Origin: Squalus acanthias
Lineage: Eukaryota
NCBI GenBank assembly: GCA_030390025.1
Contig: CM059432.1
Coordinates: 111,044,001-111,108,000 of the forward strand
Length of the DNA stretch: 64,000 nucleotides
Direction of reading: 5' to 3'
Below the pieces are notes generated by a model that had not been told where the DNA came from, did no database searches, and was given only the letters and a program-made list of their open reading frames with translations. Made by a program: the position numbers and the translations under genes. Positions 11,840 through 24,789 of the stretch are shown here, piece by piece. Numbering within the stretch: the stretch's first letter is position 1; each line of letters opens with the position of its first letter.

Positions 11840-13185
11840 ACATAAGAAATAGGAGCAGGAGTAGGCCAATCAGCCCCTCGAGCCTGCTCTGCCATTCAAT
11901 AAGATCATGGCTGATCTGATCCTAACCTCAAATCTAAAGAACACAAGAAGTAGGAGCAGGACCCGACCACTCAGCCCGTGGGCCCGCTCCGCCACCCACA
12001 GGGCCTTGACCGATCCGAACTCAGCCTCATGTCCAATTTCCTGCCCGCTCCCCGTAACCCCTAATTCCCTTTACTTCTAGGAAACTGTCTATTTCTGTTT
12101 TAAATTTATTTAATGATGTAGCTTCCACAGCTTCCTGGGGCAGCAAATTCCACAGACCTACTATCCTCTGAGTGAAGAAGTTTCTCCTCATCTCAGTTTT
12201 GAAAGAGCAGCCCCTTATTCTAAGATTATGCCCCCTAGTTCTAGTTTCACCCATCCTTGGGAACATCCTTACCGCATCCACCCGATCAAGCCCCTTCACA
12301 ATCTTATATGTTTCAATAAGATCGCCTCTCACTCTTCTGAACTCCAATGAGTAGAGTCCCAATCTACTCAACCTCTCCTCATATGTCCACCCCCTCATCC
12401 CCGGGATTAACCGAGTGAACCTTCTTTGTACTGCCTCGAGAGCAAGTATGTCTTTTCTTAAGTATGGACACCAAAACTGTATGCAGTATTCCAGGTGCGG
12501 TCTCACCAATACCTTATATAACTGCAGCAATACCTCCCTGTTTTTATAATCTATCCCCCTAGCAATAAAAGCCAACATTCCGTTGGCCTTCTTGATCACC
12601 TGCTGCACCTGCATACTAACTTTTTGATTTTCTTTCACTAGGACCCCAGATCCCTTTGTACTGCAGTACTTTCCAGTTTCTCGCCATTAAGATAATAACT
12701 TGCTCTCTGATTTTTCCTGCCAAAGTGCATAACCTCACATTTTCCAATATTGTATTGCATCTGCCAAATCTCCACCCACTCACCCAGCCTGTCTATATCC
12801 CCTTGTAGGTTTTTTATGTCCTCCTCACTTTCTACTTTCCCTCCCATCTTTGTATCATCTGCAAACTTTGATATGTTACACTCGGTCCCCTCCTCCAAAT
12901 CGTTAATATAGATTGTAAAGAGTTGGGGACCCAGCACCGACCCCTGCGGAACACCACTGGCTACTGGTTGCCAGTCCGAGAATGAACCATTTATCCCAAC
13001 TCTCTGCTTCCTGTTAGATAACCAATCCTCCACCCATGCCAGAATATTACCCCCAATCCAGTGATTTTTTATCTTGAGCAATAATCTTTTATGTGGCACC
13101 TTGTCGAATGCCTTCTGGAAGTCTAAATACACTACGTCCACTGGTTCCCCTTTATCCACCCTGTACGTTATGTCCTCAAAGAACA
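11840..13185 (-). mobile_element. CR1 LINE 3' half (RT; one frameshift at ~12638) with double 3' tail
   Basis: ORFs 12638-13159 ('[13 protein letters not shown]', '[10 protein letters not shown]', 'KFADD') and 12027-12638. Confidence 0.93.
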
Positions 13186-14179
13186 GGTTGTAAATTCTTT
13201 GGTTTACTAAATAATAAGCATTAAATTCATTTTGGTATGAGAACCTTTCCTTGGAATGAGTCTAGAATTTTTACAGTGACCCTATGTAGCTTCAGACTAG
13301 ATTGAAATCTTAATGGGGGTGAAATTGGTCTTCGTCAAAAGCGTGAAACGAGTGACAGCGGTTTGCAGTCCATTTTACACCGCACCCAATTTTCTTTACC
13401 ATTGTAGCTTTACTGGTCCCAGAATCTGTACTCGCTAACTCTGCTGTGATATCCCAGTGTCTCGGAGCATTTTATTAATCTTAATCTGTTTTGATTCACA
13501 TAATAAAACTACAATGATGCTTAAAGAGAAGGTACGACCACTCAAGGATAAGGAGGGTAAATCCATAGTTTTTACAAATGATGGTGGATTGAGAGTGCAA
13601 ATGTACCAGAGGTGGATGTGGAACAACTGTCAGAGATAATAGTAGAAAATAAATTGGTTCTAAAAAAAATGAGCAGAACTCATGGTGGTGAAGTCATTGG
13701 ATCCTCATGGCATATACCCCTAAGTTGTCGAAGGAATTAAGAGAGGAGCTAGCATTAAGCCTGACCAGTTTTTCTAATCTCCCTTAGATATGGACATTTT
13801 TCCAGGGACTGAAGGGGAGCCAGTGTAACACCTCTATTTGACACAATGTGCCAGTGCCAGCTCTGAAAGAGCTATCAATTAGTCCCACTGCCCTGCTCAC
13901 TCACCATTCCCCTGAAGTATTTTCCTTTTTAAGTAGAGATCCAATTCTCTTTTGAAGGGATCATCAGCATGATGGGGCTGTCAATTTTCATAGAGTGACA
14001 AGATGGCATCAACTGGACCCAAGTTGCCATGCATGCACCTTTCTAGAATGCTGTCATCTTCATCAACAGGAAGGGTTTTCAGTCCATGAATGTTTAGCTG
14101 TTTTGTAATCTTAACTCTTAATAATACACATGAAAGCTTGCTACCCACGAAGCTGCCAGGGGTTTAAAGGGGCAGTGGC

Positions 14180-14760
14180 AGGGTAGGTACGAAATTGGCT
14201 GAGAGACAGACAGCAGAGAGCAGTAGTGAACGGTTTTTCGGACTGCAGGGAAGAGTCCCCCAGGGGTCGATATCACGTCAAAGCCTTGGAGAGGATGCAG
14301 AGGAGATTTACTAGAATGGTACCAGGGATGAGGGGTTATCTGGAGAGACTAGAGAAGCTGGGATTGTTCCCCTTAGAGCAGAGAAGATTAAGAGGAGATT
14401 TAAGAGACGTGTTCAAGATAATTAGGGGTTTTAATAGAGTAGATAGGGAGAAACTGTTTCCAGTGGCAGGAGAATCGATAACCAGAGGACACAGATTTAA
14501 GATAATTGGCAAAAGAATCAGGGAGGATAGCAGGAGAATTCTTTATGCAGCGAGTTGTTGTGATCTGGAATGCACTGCCTGAAAGGGCGGTGGAAACAAA
14601 TTCAATAGTAACTTTCAAAAGGGAATTGGATAAATACTTGAAAAGGTATGCATGCCAAGGAGAAAGTGCAGGGGAGTGGGATTAACTGGATAACTCTTTC
14701 AAAATGCCTGCACAGGCACAATGGGCTGAATGGCCTCCTTATATGCTGTAAAATGCTAAG
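14180..14760 (+). mobile_element. Internally deleted CR1 3' fragment
   Basis: ORF 14226-14582 'LERMQRRFTRM...RRLRGDL...TRGH'. Confidence 0.85.
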
Positions 14761-16487
14761 ATTATGGAGCAAAATCTAGACCTATGTCTGCCAGACCATT
14801 GGCAGTGTAATCCCAACACCAAATACGCCTTACCCTCTCTTTCTCTTCTCATCTTTCTGGCGAGACTATTTCCTCTATGACATCATTGTTCACTCATCCA
14901 TTTAAAATAAAGTTGTCAATTTATTCTCAGACTTTTGTTTATTATCTTTGTCTTCATCTGTCTGCCTTAGTTGCTGTCATCAGCACAGCTGTATTAATGA
15001 TTAGGTTATTTATGTGGCTGAAGCACGCACACAATTTATTGTTTCTTTTTAGTTAATTCAGACCCTGGAATAAAGTTGTCTGAGTAGCAGATACATTGGC
15101 TGTAATTCTCTTTTGATTCATTAATGAAGTCACTGACTGGGTAATCAGTCATTTTGCTGTTGACTCTTTGTTGCTGTAGCAGTGACCGCAGGCGGCTTTG
15201 ATTCATTGCTGGGTGGTGAACAGCAGTGAAAGGTTGGAGACTGTTGCTGTATGCATAATGTTGGGAACAGCAGTTGATTTCAGTGCATCTCATACATTGC
15301 ATTTGGTGGAGGAGGATGAGCAACAACTGGAAAGGACAACTCGGTATGGCACACAGTGACCTCATGCTGTTATTAAGCACAGAGGGGTACACTGTTCCAG
15401 GCAGAAGCACCTGGGAATATGAGGGGCGCGATAGCTTAGGAGACTCTGGACTAGAAATTGGATTAGGCCCGAAAACAGGAGGTGTCAAGGGCCAACACTA
15501 TTTGCCTGCTCCCGTTGAAAGTGGTCGAGGCAACACACAAAATTGGTGCAGCCTGCTCATTATAATGATTGGAGGGCTGATCTCAGCGTTAAACGCGCTG
15601 CTAATTGCTTAGCGCTCAACAGGCGGGTCAATATCGGGTGCAGTCTAATGGCCAGTAATGTTTGGTCTAGGCTCACTCCACTACTTAAAGGGGAGGTGCT
15701 CATGAGGCACCTCATTGTCAGTCAGACTGAAGACATGGCTCAGTAACCAAGGGAGTGAGCACGAAGCTTCTCGTATGCTGCACTGGAGGCCTTGGTTCTG
15801 GCCGTACAACGAAGTCGGGCTGTCTTATTCCCGCAGAGTGGCAGGAGGCCATCCAAGACCACTTGCGGAAGGCTCTGGGAGGAGATAGCTAACTCCGTCA
15901 TGGCCACCAGTATGGTCCCAAGGACGTGGATCCAGTGCCGAAAGAAGTTTAATGACCTCACACGGCAGGTCACGGTGAGTGAAGGCTTCAGCAAATGCCA
16001 TATCCCACCCTCTGCACCACAAGCCTCACACACTACTCAATGCACCACACCCCCAGCACTCACCTACCAACAATCTCTAACAATCACCACTCAGACCTCA
16101 CACTCAAAGCTTCACTTCACCCTCACAACCTCACCACTGCTGCAACACTCACACCCACATCTCACACCTTGCACACACTGACAGCTATTCAAATATGGGC
16201 AGGCACATCACCCAAATACATTGCACCACACTCACGAAAAAACTTTCCTTTCTCTTGCAGGCCAAGGTGGCACACAACCAGAGAGAGCAGTGGCAGATGG
16301 GAGGGGACCAAGCTGCTATACAAAACCTGCTTGACATTTTTGGAGGGACAGTGACCGAGACTGTGACAATGGGAGAAGTTGAAGTCCTTGCTATTAATGA
16401 TGGTATTGTCATTCGTAATCATTCTTCTCACATCCCACTTCCCGCTCATCCCACAATCTCTTCTCACTTACATGCTGCTGATGGTGT

Positions 16488-18436
16488 TTTTTATTATTCG
16501 TTTATGGGATGTGGGCATCGCTGGTAAGGCCAGCATTTATTGCCCATCCCTAACTGCCCTGGACAAGGTGGTGGTGAGCCGCCTTCTTGAACCACTGTAG
16601 TCCGTGTGGTGAAGGTACTCCCACAGTGCTGTTGGGGAGGGAGTTCCAGGATTTTGACCAACGACGATGAAGGAACGTGAGATATTTCCAAGTCAGGATG
16701 GTGTGTGACTTTGAGGGGAACTTGCAGGTGGTGGTGTTCCCATGCGCCTGCTGCCCTTGTCCTTCTAGGTGGAAGAGGTCGCGGGTTTGGGAGGTGCTGT
16801 TGAAGAAGCCTTGGCGAGTTGCTGCAGTGCATCTTGTAGATGGTACACACTGCAACCACGGTACGCCGGTGGTGGAGGCAGTGAATGTTTAAGGTGGTGG
16901 ATGGGGTGCCAATCAAGTGGGCTGCTTTGTCTTGGATGGTGTCGAGATTCTTGAGTGTTGTTGTCCATCACACTCCTGACTTGTGCCTTGTAGATGGTGG
17001 AAAGGCTTTGGGGAGTCAGGAGTGAGACACTCGCCGAAGAATACCCAGCCTCTGACCTGCTCTTGTAGCCATAGTATTTCTGTGGCTGGTCCAGTTAAGT
17101 TTCTGGTCAATGGTGACTCCCAGGATGTTGATGGTGGGGGATTCGGCAATGGTAATGCCATTGAATGTCAAACGGCGGTGGTTGGACTTGCTCTTGTTGG
17201 AGATAGTCATTGCCTGGCACTTGTGTGGTGCGAATGTTACCTGCCACTTATCAGCCCAAGCCTGAATGTCGTCTAGATCTTGCTGCATTCGGGCACGGAC
17301 TGCTTCATTTTCTGAGGAGTTGCGAATGGCACTGAACACTGTGCAATCATCAATGAATGCCCCACTTCTGACCTTATGATGGAGGGAAGGTCATTGATGA
17401 AGCAGCTGAAGATGGTTGGGCCTAGGACACTGCCCTGAGGAACTCTTGCTGGGTATGACTCCAGCCAGTGGAGAGTTTTCCCCCTGATTCCATTGACTTC
17501 AATTTTAAGAGGGCTCCTTGATGCCACACTTGGTCAAATTCTGCGTTAATGTCAAGGGCAGTCACTTTCACCTCACCTCTGAAGTTCAGCTCCTTTGTCC
17601 ATGTTTGGACCAAGGCTGTAATGAGGTCTGGAGCCGAGTGGTCCTGGTGGAACCAAAACTGAGCATCGGTGAGCAGGTTATTGGTGAGTATGTGCCGCTA
17701 GATAGCACTGTCGACGATATCTTCCATCACTTTACTGAAGATTGAGAGTAGACTGATGGGGTGGTAATTGGCCAGATTGGATTTGTCCTGCTTTTTATGG
17801 ACAGGACATACCTGGGCAGTTTTCCACATTGTTGGGTAGATGCTAGTGTTGTAGCTGTACTGGAACAGCTTGGCTAGAGGCTTGGCTAGTTCTGGAGCAC
17901 AAGTCTTCAGCATGACAGCCAGGATGTTGTGGAGGCCTTTGCTGTATCCAGTGCACTCAGCCGTTTCTTGATATCACGTGGAGTGAATCGAATGGCTGAA
18001 GACTGGCTTCTGTGAAGGTGGGCACCTCAGGAAGAGGCCGAGATGGATCATTCACTTGGTACTTCTGGCTGAAGATGGTTGCAAATGCTTCTGCCTTGTC
18101 TTTTGCACTCACGTGCTGAGCTCCGCCATCATTGAGGATGGAGATGTTCACAGAGCCACCTCCTCCTGTTAGTTGTTTAATGGTCCACCACCATTTACGA
18201 CTGGATGTGGCAGGACTGCAGAGCTTTGCTCTGATCCGTTGGTTGTGGGATCATTTAGCTCTGTCTATAGCATGCTGCTTCTGCTGTTTAGCATGCATGT
18301 AGTCCTGTGTTGCAGCATCCCCAGGATGGCACCTCATTTTTAGGTACACCTGGTGCTGCTCCTGACATGCTCTTCTGCACTCCTCATTGAACGAGGGTTG
18401 GTCCCCTGGCTTGATGGCAATGGTAGCGTGAGGGAC
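16488..18436 (-). mobile_element. Copy 2 of the tRNA-headed LINE family (5'-truncated or interrupted)
   Basis: Peptides match 4500-6490 ('LKTCAPELA.PL.KLFQYSYNT', 'ARMQQDLDDIQAWADKW'); same 3' end. Confidence 0.9.
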
Positions 18437-19830
18437 ATTTTTTTTTTCATATTCGTTTATCGGATGTGGGCGTCACTGGCAAGGCCAGCATTTATTGCCC
18501 ATCCCTAACTGCCCTTGAGAAGGTGGTGCTGATCCGCCTTCTTGAACCGCTGCAGTCCGTGTGGTGAAGGTACTCCCACAGTGCTGTTAGGTAGGGAGTT
18601 CCAGGATTTTGACCCAGCGACGATGAAGGATCGGTGATATACTTCTAAGTCAGGATGGTGTGTGACTTGGAGGGGAACTTGGGGGTGGTGGTGTTCCCAT
18701 GCGCCTGCTGTCCTTCTCCTTCTAGGTGGAAGAGGTCGCGGGTTTGGGAGTTGCTGCTGAAGAAGCCTTGGCGAGTTGCTGCAGTGCATTTTGTAGATGG
18801 TATACACTGCTGCCACGGTACACCGGTGGTGGAGGGAGTGAATATTTAAGGTGGTGGATGGGGTGCCAATCCAGTGGGCTGCTTTGTCCTGGATGGTGTT
18901 GAGCTTCTTGAGTGTTGTTGGAGCTGCACTCATCCAGGCAAGTGGAGAGTATTCCACCACACTCCTGACTTGTGCCTTGTAGATGGTGGAAAGGCTTTGG
19001 GGAGTCAGGAGGTGAGACACTCGCCGCAGAATACTTAGCCTCTGACCTGCTCTTGTTGCCACAGTATTTATGTGGCTGGTCCAGTTAGGTTTCTGGTCAA
19101 TGGTGAACCCCAGGATGTTGATGGTGGGGGATTCGGCGATGGTAATGCCGTTGAATGTCAAGAGGCGATGGTTAGACTCTTGCTTGTTGGAGATAGTCAT
19201 TGCCTGGCACTTCCTTGGCGCAAATGTTACCTGCCACTTATCAGCCCAAGCCTGAACGTCGTCTCGGTCTTGTTGCATGCAGGCATGGACTGCTTCATTA
19301 TCTGAGGAGTTGCGAATGGCACTGAACACTGTGCAGTCATCAGCGAACATTCCCACTTCTGACCTTATGATGGAGGGAAGGTCATTGATGAAGCAGCTGA
19401 AGATGGTTGGGCCTAGGACACTGCCCTGAGGAACTCCTGCAGCGATGCCCTGGGGCTGTGATGATTGACTTCCAACCACCTCAGCCATCTTCCTTTGTGC
19501 TAGGTATGACTCCAGCCTGTGATGAGTTTTCCCCCTGATTCCCATTGACTTCAGTTTTACTGGGGCTTCTTGATGTCACAGTCGGTCAAATGCTGCCTTG
19601 ATGTCAAGGACATTCATTCTCACCTCACCTCTGGAATTCAGCTCCTTTGTCCATGTTTGGACCAATGCTGTAATGAGGTCTGGAGCTGAGTGGTCCTGGC
19701 GGAACCCAAACTGGGCATCAGTGAGCAGGTTATTGGTGAGTAAGTGCTGCTTGATAGCACTGTCGATGACACCTTCCATCACTTTGCTGATGAGAGTAGA
19801 CTGATGGGGCGGTAATTGGACGGATTGAAT
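18437..19830 (-). mobile_element. Copy 3 of the tRNA-headed LINE family (3' 1.4 kb; RT largely open)
   Basis: ORF 18505-19545 with '[10 protein letters not shown]', 'MFADD'; poly(A) tail at ~18438-18448. Confidence 0.92.
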
Positions 19831-21958
19831 TTGTCCCTTATCTATTTTCCCAGTTACATCCTCAAAAAATTCCAGTAGATTAGTCAAGCACGATTTACCT
19901 TTTGTAAATCCATGTTGACTTTGTCCGATCCTGTCACTGTTTTCCAAGTGCTCTGCTATTACATCTTTTACAATGGACTCTAGCATTTTCCCCACAACCG
20001 ATGTCAAGCTTACCGGTCTGTAATTCCCCGTTTTCTCTCTACCACCTTTTTTGAATAGTGGGGTAACATTAGCTACCCTCCAATCCATGGGTATTGTTGC
20101 AGATTCCATCGAATGTTGGAAGATGATCAGCAATGCATCTACTATTTCTAGGGCCACTTCCTTAAGTACTCTAGGATGTTGATTATCAGGCCCTGGGGAT
20201 TTATTGGCCTTCAATCCCGTCAATTTCCCTAACACCATTTCCCTACAAATACTGATTTCTTTCAGTTCCTCCCTTTCATCAGACCCTATGTTCCCCGACA
20301 TCTCTGGGAGGTTATTTGTGTCCTCCTTTGTGAAGACAGAACCAAAATATATATTTAATTGGTCTGCCATTTCTTTGTTCCCCATTATAAGTTCCCCTGA
20401 TTCTGACTGCAAGGGACCTACGCTTGACTTCACCAATCTTTTTCTCTTCACATATCTATAAAAGCTTTTACAGTCAGTTTTTATGTTCTCTGCAAGCTTC
20501 CTCTCATATTCTATTTTCCCCATCTTAATTAATCCCTTTGTCCTCTTTTGTTGAATCCTAAACTGTTCCCAATCCTCAGGTTTACTGCTTTTTCTGGCCA
20601 ATTTATATGTCCTCTCCTTGGATCTTATGCTATCCCTAATTTCCCTTGTTAGCCACGGTTGAGTCACCATATTTGTTTTATTCTTATGCGAAACTGGGAT
20701 GAACAAATTCTGTAGTTCATCCATGCGGTCTTTGAATGTTTGCCATTGCCTATCCACCGTCAACCCTTTGAGTGACATTCCCCAATCAATCCTAACCAAC
20801 TCGCGCCTCATACCATCGTAGTTTCCTTTATTTAAATTCAGGACCCTAGTCTCTGAGTCAACTACTTCACTCTCCATCTTAATGAAGAATTCTATCATAT
20901 TATGATCGCTCCGACCCAAGGGGCCTCATACAACAAGATTGTTAATTAATCCTTTCTCATTACATAATACCCAGTCTAAGATGGCCTGATCTCTGGTTGG
21001 TTCCTCGACATATTGGTCCAGGAAACCATCCCGTAAACACACCAGGAATTCTCCTCCACAGTATTGTTACTAATTTGGTTAGCCCAATCTATATGTAGAT
21101 TAAAGTCACCCATGATGACTGCTGTGCCCTTATTGCATGCTTCTCTAATTTCCCTTTTAATGCCATCCCCAACCTCCGTATTACCGTTTGGAGATCTATA
21201 TACCACTCCCACTAATGTTTTCTGGCCCTTGGTATTTCTCAGTTCTACCCATACAGATTCTACATCATCAGAGCTAATATCCTTCCTTACAATTGTGTTA
21301 ATCCCCTCTTTAACCAGCAATGCTACCCCACCTCCCTTTCCTTTTTGCCTATCTTTCCTGAATATTGAATACCCCTGGATGTTGAGTTCCCAGCCTTGGC
21401 CACCCTGGAGTCATGTTTCTGTAATCCCAATCAAATCATATTCGTTTACCTCCATTTGCGCCGCTAATTCATCCACCTTATTCCGAATGCTCCTCGCATT
21501 CAGACACAAAGCCTTCAGGCTTGTTTTTTTAACGCTCTTAGACCTATTAGAATTATTATTTACTGTGGCCATGTTTGATTTAAACCGTTGATTTCTCTGA
21601 CTGCCACTTTTGTTTTTGTCCTTCCTATCTTTTGCTTTTATCCTTGTTTCCCTTTCCTCTGTCTCCCTGCTCAGGTTCCCAACCCCCTGCCATTTTAGTT
21701 TAAACCCTCGCCCAGAGCACTAGCAAACACTCCCCCTAGGACATCGGTCCCGGCCCTGCCCAGGTGCAAACCGTCCGGTTTGTACTGGTCCCACCTCCCC
21801 CAGAACCGGTTCCAATGTCCCAGGAATTTGAATCCCTCCCCCTTGCACCATTCCTCTAGCCACGTATTCATCTGAAATATCCTTCTATTTCTACTCTGAC
21901 TAGCACGTGGCACTGGTAGCAATCCTGAGATTACTACCTTTGAGGTCCTATTTTTTAA
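19831..21958 (-). mobile_element. CR1 LINE middle portion (ORF1 esterase-like end, endonuclease, RT N-terminus)
   Basis: 'SGLLPVPRAS...DGLHL', 'VIMGDFNLH', 'GRSDH', 'KSPGPD', 'GNYRPVSLTS', 'QHGFTKGKSCLTNL'. Confidence 0.92.
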
Positions 21959-22801
21959 CATTGGACTGGGCTTTGCGCAGAGCTTGGAGTTCACGATTTC
22001 CAGGATGGAAATGATGGAAAACTCCAGGAGAGACCTTGTTGACCCAGACATGATGCTGCGTGTGATGGGCGACATCGCGGTTTCCATTGCAGCACAGGCG
22101 GAAGCGAACCAACGTCTCAGTGCTGCAGTGGAAGCTCAGACTGCTCTCCTGCAGGCTCAGCTTGCTGCCACCTGAGCTCAGACTGCCTCCATCGTGGCTG
22201 GGATTAACACTCTCGACCGGGGCTTGCAGGGTGTCACAGCAGGTCAGCAATCTGTGCTCCAACAGATTGCTAGGAATGCTGAGGTGCCGCCCTGGGGGGG
22301 AGTGGCAATGGGTCTATGGAGCAAGAACCTGCTGTCCTCTCTCAGGATGACAGCATTCGCACTCCTACCACTGGCACTCCGCCATTGCCCTTGTCGCTAC
22401 CTGTCAGCCAGCCAGCCCAGACTGCTGCTACCCATGCCGAGGTGGTGCAGTCTACAGCCGGGCCTCCTAGGCTCAGAGCTGGTCGAGGGCGTCCTGCAAG
22501 GCCATCTGTAGTCTCTCCCACTGAAAGTCAGCAGCCTTCCACCAGCCATTCTGCAGCCAGTGGGGGAGCACTTCGTAGGAGCACAAGATCAGGAAAGGGC
22601 ACCCGAACGACAGGCACTAAGGGATTGCACAAGGGTGATTAGTTGATATTGTAATGTTGATTGGATTCTTATAAATGTTTGGAATGTTTGTTTTGTGGTG
22701 GCTCTCACTTCAGCTTTGTGCCCAGGAGAAGGCTGTGATATTCCGTGACAGAGGGATGGTATGATGGGGATGTGGTGAGCAACGGGGATCTGGGGTTTCA
22801 T

Positions 22802-23518
22802 TCACTGGAAGCGGAGTCTGATGATTCGTTCACGGACAGCCTGTCCAGAACAGGGATCTGCTGCCTGCCTCCTCCCTTCCTCCTCGTCCTCATCCTCGTC
22901 CTCATCCTCGTCCCCCTCCTCTTCCTCCTGAGTTGGTCCCGCAATCCCTGGTGGAAAGGGCTGCGCCCTCATAATGACCAAGTTGTGGAGCATGCAGCAG
23001 ACCACCACAAAATGGCACACCCGCTCCACCGAGTATTGGAGGGCTCTTCCCGAGCGGCCAAGGCAGCGGAACTGTTGTTTTAGCATGCTGATGGGCAGGA
23101 GTGGTGGGGTTGAGGAGGGGAATCATCAGCCAGGTGCAGAGCGTTTAGCCCTTGTCTCTGAGCAGCCACCCTCGGGTTTGACGTGGTGGCTGGAAGATTG
23201 CTGGCACACTGGACTGGCGCAGGATGAATGCATCATGACAGGTGCCAGGATAGCGGGTATTCAGCATCATGATGTGCTGGACATGGGCCCACAAAACCTG
23301 CGGAGCCTCTGACTATACTGCTCCTCGCTTAAGTGGAGGTAGGAGAAGTGCTCTCGGAAGACCCTAGGTGGGTAAGGCCTCCTGTTGAGAGCCCTCCTGG
23401 CCCTCCTCCTCCTCCCTCTGCGCGCATCTTCCTGTCTTCTTCGCTGCCTCCGCTCCCTCTCCCGAAAATACTTGAGCTCAAGGGGGACTGCAAGTAGAGC
23501 CCCCATGACAGTGAGCAA
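22802..23518 (-). pseudogene. Harbinger A DDE transposase remnant (internal deletions)
   Basis: 'RRPYPPRVFREHFSYLHLSEEQ' and 'LKQQFRCLGRSGRALQYS...VVVCCMLHN' plus acidic tail. Confidence 0.88.
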
Positions 23519-24789
23519 GTGTTGTGAGCAGAAGCCTTTAAATGAGAATGAAGATGTTCTCCACTTGCACCAACACTCCCTGTTACCTTAGGAACTTTAA
23601 ACAAGTTTAGAAAGCTGCAAAAGTTGCAGAAAGTTGCACAGAGCCTGTCAGCTGTAAGTTGTTGTTGATGATCCCTATAAATAGTGCTGCTGGAGGCTCC
23701 TTCCTGCTTGTGAACGCTGGGTCAGCTAGCCGTGATTAACACAGGTCGGTAAGTGGAAGATTGGGCATCAAGTGAGCGTTGCACACTCATTGACGTCACA
23801 ATCTGTCTAATCTAAATACTTGCCGTAAGCACAGGCATCGGCAGTGCTACCGACCTGCCCAAAATGGGGGCCACTGCAGGAACCACTGGAAGTGGGTGGA
23901 AGCGAGGCGGCCACCATTATTCCTTAAAAATTGGCCTTAGCGGCCAGCACTGAACCCCCGAATTTCGAGGCCTCATTCTCTGATTTTAACTCCCCACACC
24001 TGGTGGAATACAGCTGCCATCCTAATGGGTCCGAATATTAACCTCTTTCGAGCAAGTGAGCAAGACACCCATCCCAAGCTGGTGGGGTCCTGTTTAAATA
24101 TGCAGATCAGGGCCAAATAACGTCACGGGGAACTGATCTGCTATTTTAGTCCGAGGCCTGAGCGGGGGAGCAATCGTCAGGCCAAACCTGTTGGAGGGGG
24201 ATCCTGGGCTAGAAGGGTTCCAGGCAGATAAGTTTTACATTTCTTTGAGGTTTCCTTGTGGGCCAGGAGAAGCAGGAGTGCACCTCCGGGCCTCACAAGG
24301 AACCCTTTGGCCTTACCCCGCACTTCCTCCCCCCCCACCACCCCCCACCCAATATGAAAGTTATGCTAATGTGGTCCAGCTGTTACGATCAGCCGGGCCG
24401 GGCCTCCATGCCCCCGGACTCCTCGGGTGCTCCGCCCCCTTTGAGGCTTACACGCACTATAACCACCCCCCCCCCGCTTTAAAATTGGGGCCTTAGACTA
24501 AGCTGGGAAGCTCTAATGGAGCTCTGCCAAATTGATAAGGCCATAAAGGGTGCAAACAAAGTACTGCACCTCATTTCTAGAGGAATAGAATACAAAAGCA
24601 GAGAGGTTAAATTTACATAAAACTTAGGTTAGACCACATTTGGAGAACTGTGTACAGTTCTGGTCTCCATATTACAAAAATTGCCCTTACCTACTATCCC
24701 TCTGGGTCCTTCAAGGTCAGCACAGGGAACATTAGTTGCATCCGGCAGTTTACTGTAAGTTGGCAGATGCCTTATTCTGCAGAGTCCAG

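Larger units (their letters stand above)
15735..22642 (+). pseudogene. Harbinger A Myb/SANT-like partner gene (exon 1 ~15735-15974, exon 2 from 16261, exon 3 remnant ~21961-22642)
   Basis: 'VLFPQSGRRP...W.EIA..V......RTWIQCRKKFNDLTR', GTGAGT donor, TTGCAG|AKVAHNQRE. C-terminal part homologous to 41020-41628 and 54780-55476. In-frame stops. Confidence 0.82.
15448..23972. mobile_element. PIF/Harbinger transposon copy A (decayed; interrupted by ~5.5 kb of LINE sequence)
   Basis: Termini GGACTAGAAATT / AATTTCGAGGCC. Myb/SANT gene on +, transposase remnant on -. Imperfect TSD TCT/TCA. Confidence 0.8.

Noticed and set aside
19576..20919. 447-aa ORF that looks like a hybrid reverse transcriptase
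   Set aside because: It is a chance in-frame junction at ~19830 between a CR1 fragment and copy 3 of the tRNA-headed LINE. It duplicates RT motifs and ends in a stop before the FADD motif.
23976..24492. Further MITE-like segment (related text at ~9630-9740; other candidates near 6890-7200, 13316, 13970 and 59180-59750)
   Set aside because: Probably decayed non-autonomous DNA elements, but paired TIRs and TSDs could not be fixed reliably.
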